Assembly (NCBI RefSeq): GCF_945890115.1
Contig: NZ_CAMDCK010000010.1
Location: 33,306 to 97,305 of the forward strand
Direction of reading: 5' to 3'
Length of the DNA: 64,000 nucleotides
Source: Sphingorhabdus sp. EL138
Lineage (GTDB): Bacteria > Pseudomonadota > Alphaproteobacteria > Sphingomonadales > Sphingomonadaceae
Shown: positions 63,798-64,000 of the stretch, piece after piece
Numbering within the stretch: position 1 is the stretch's first letter
Layout of the letters: the number at the start of each line of letters is the position of its first letter
Translations under genes and position numbers: made by a program
Notes under the pieces: generated by a model
Told to the model about the DNA's origin: nothing
The model's database searches: none
Seen by the model: the letters and a program-made list of their open reading frames with translations, nothing else

Positions 63798-64000
<203 letters not shown>

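Overview
This is a 64-kb stretch of mostly core chromosome from an alphaproteobacterium, probably Sphingomonadales. That assignment is an inference from gene content (CcrM, split PntAA/PntAB/PntB, sdhCDA, a TonB-dependent receptor) and from characteristic CCTGAAC...GTTCAGG and CCCCAGC-GCAG-GCTGGGG palindromic repeats. About 65 genes are supported. They include trpF (partial), pyrF and purB; a TonB-dependent receptor; parC and cca; the rimP-nusA-ylxR-infB-rbfA-(vapBC-tdk)-truB-rpsO-pnp supraoperon; bamD-recN-orf-ligA; phhA and prmA; sdhCDA; an isocitrate lyase with a divergent XRE/ImmA-type regulator; a peptide-uptake module (POT transporter plus two amidohydrolases); glmM-thiD-rnhB; ccrM-folP; the pnt transhydrogenase operon; tRNA-Ser(CGA); a c-type cytochrome; and the 3' end of katG. 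I found no large novel multi-gene system, CRISPR array, prophage or IS element. The unusual content is small-scale. (1) Two tiny nuclease genes are each bracketed by long inverted repeats: a DUF559 gene splits pntAA from pntAB, and a frameshifted GIY-YIG gene follows sdhA. (2) A vapBC toxin-antitoxin pair is translationally chained to tdk inside the nusA-pnp supraoperon. (3) Seven GANTC methylation sites sit in about 160 bp upstream of ccrM. (4) A roughly 30-nt motif of unknown function recurs in several intergenic regions. (5) A dense REP cluster with a 140-bp duplication and a C-run tract lies between ligA and phhA. There are also several domain fusions, tails and unannotated micro-ORFs. All functional calls come from reading the translated ORFs and the DNA by eye; no database search was run.
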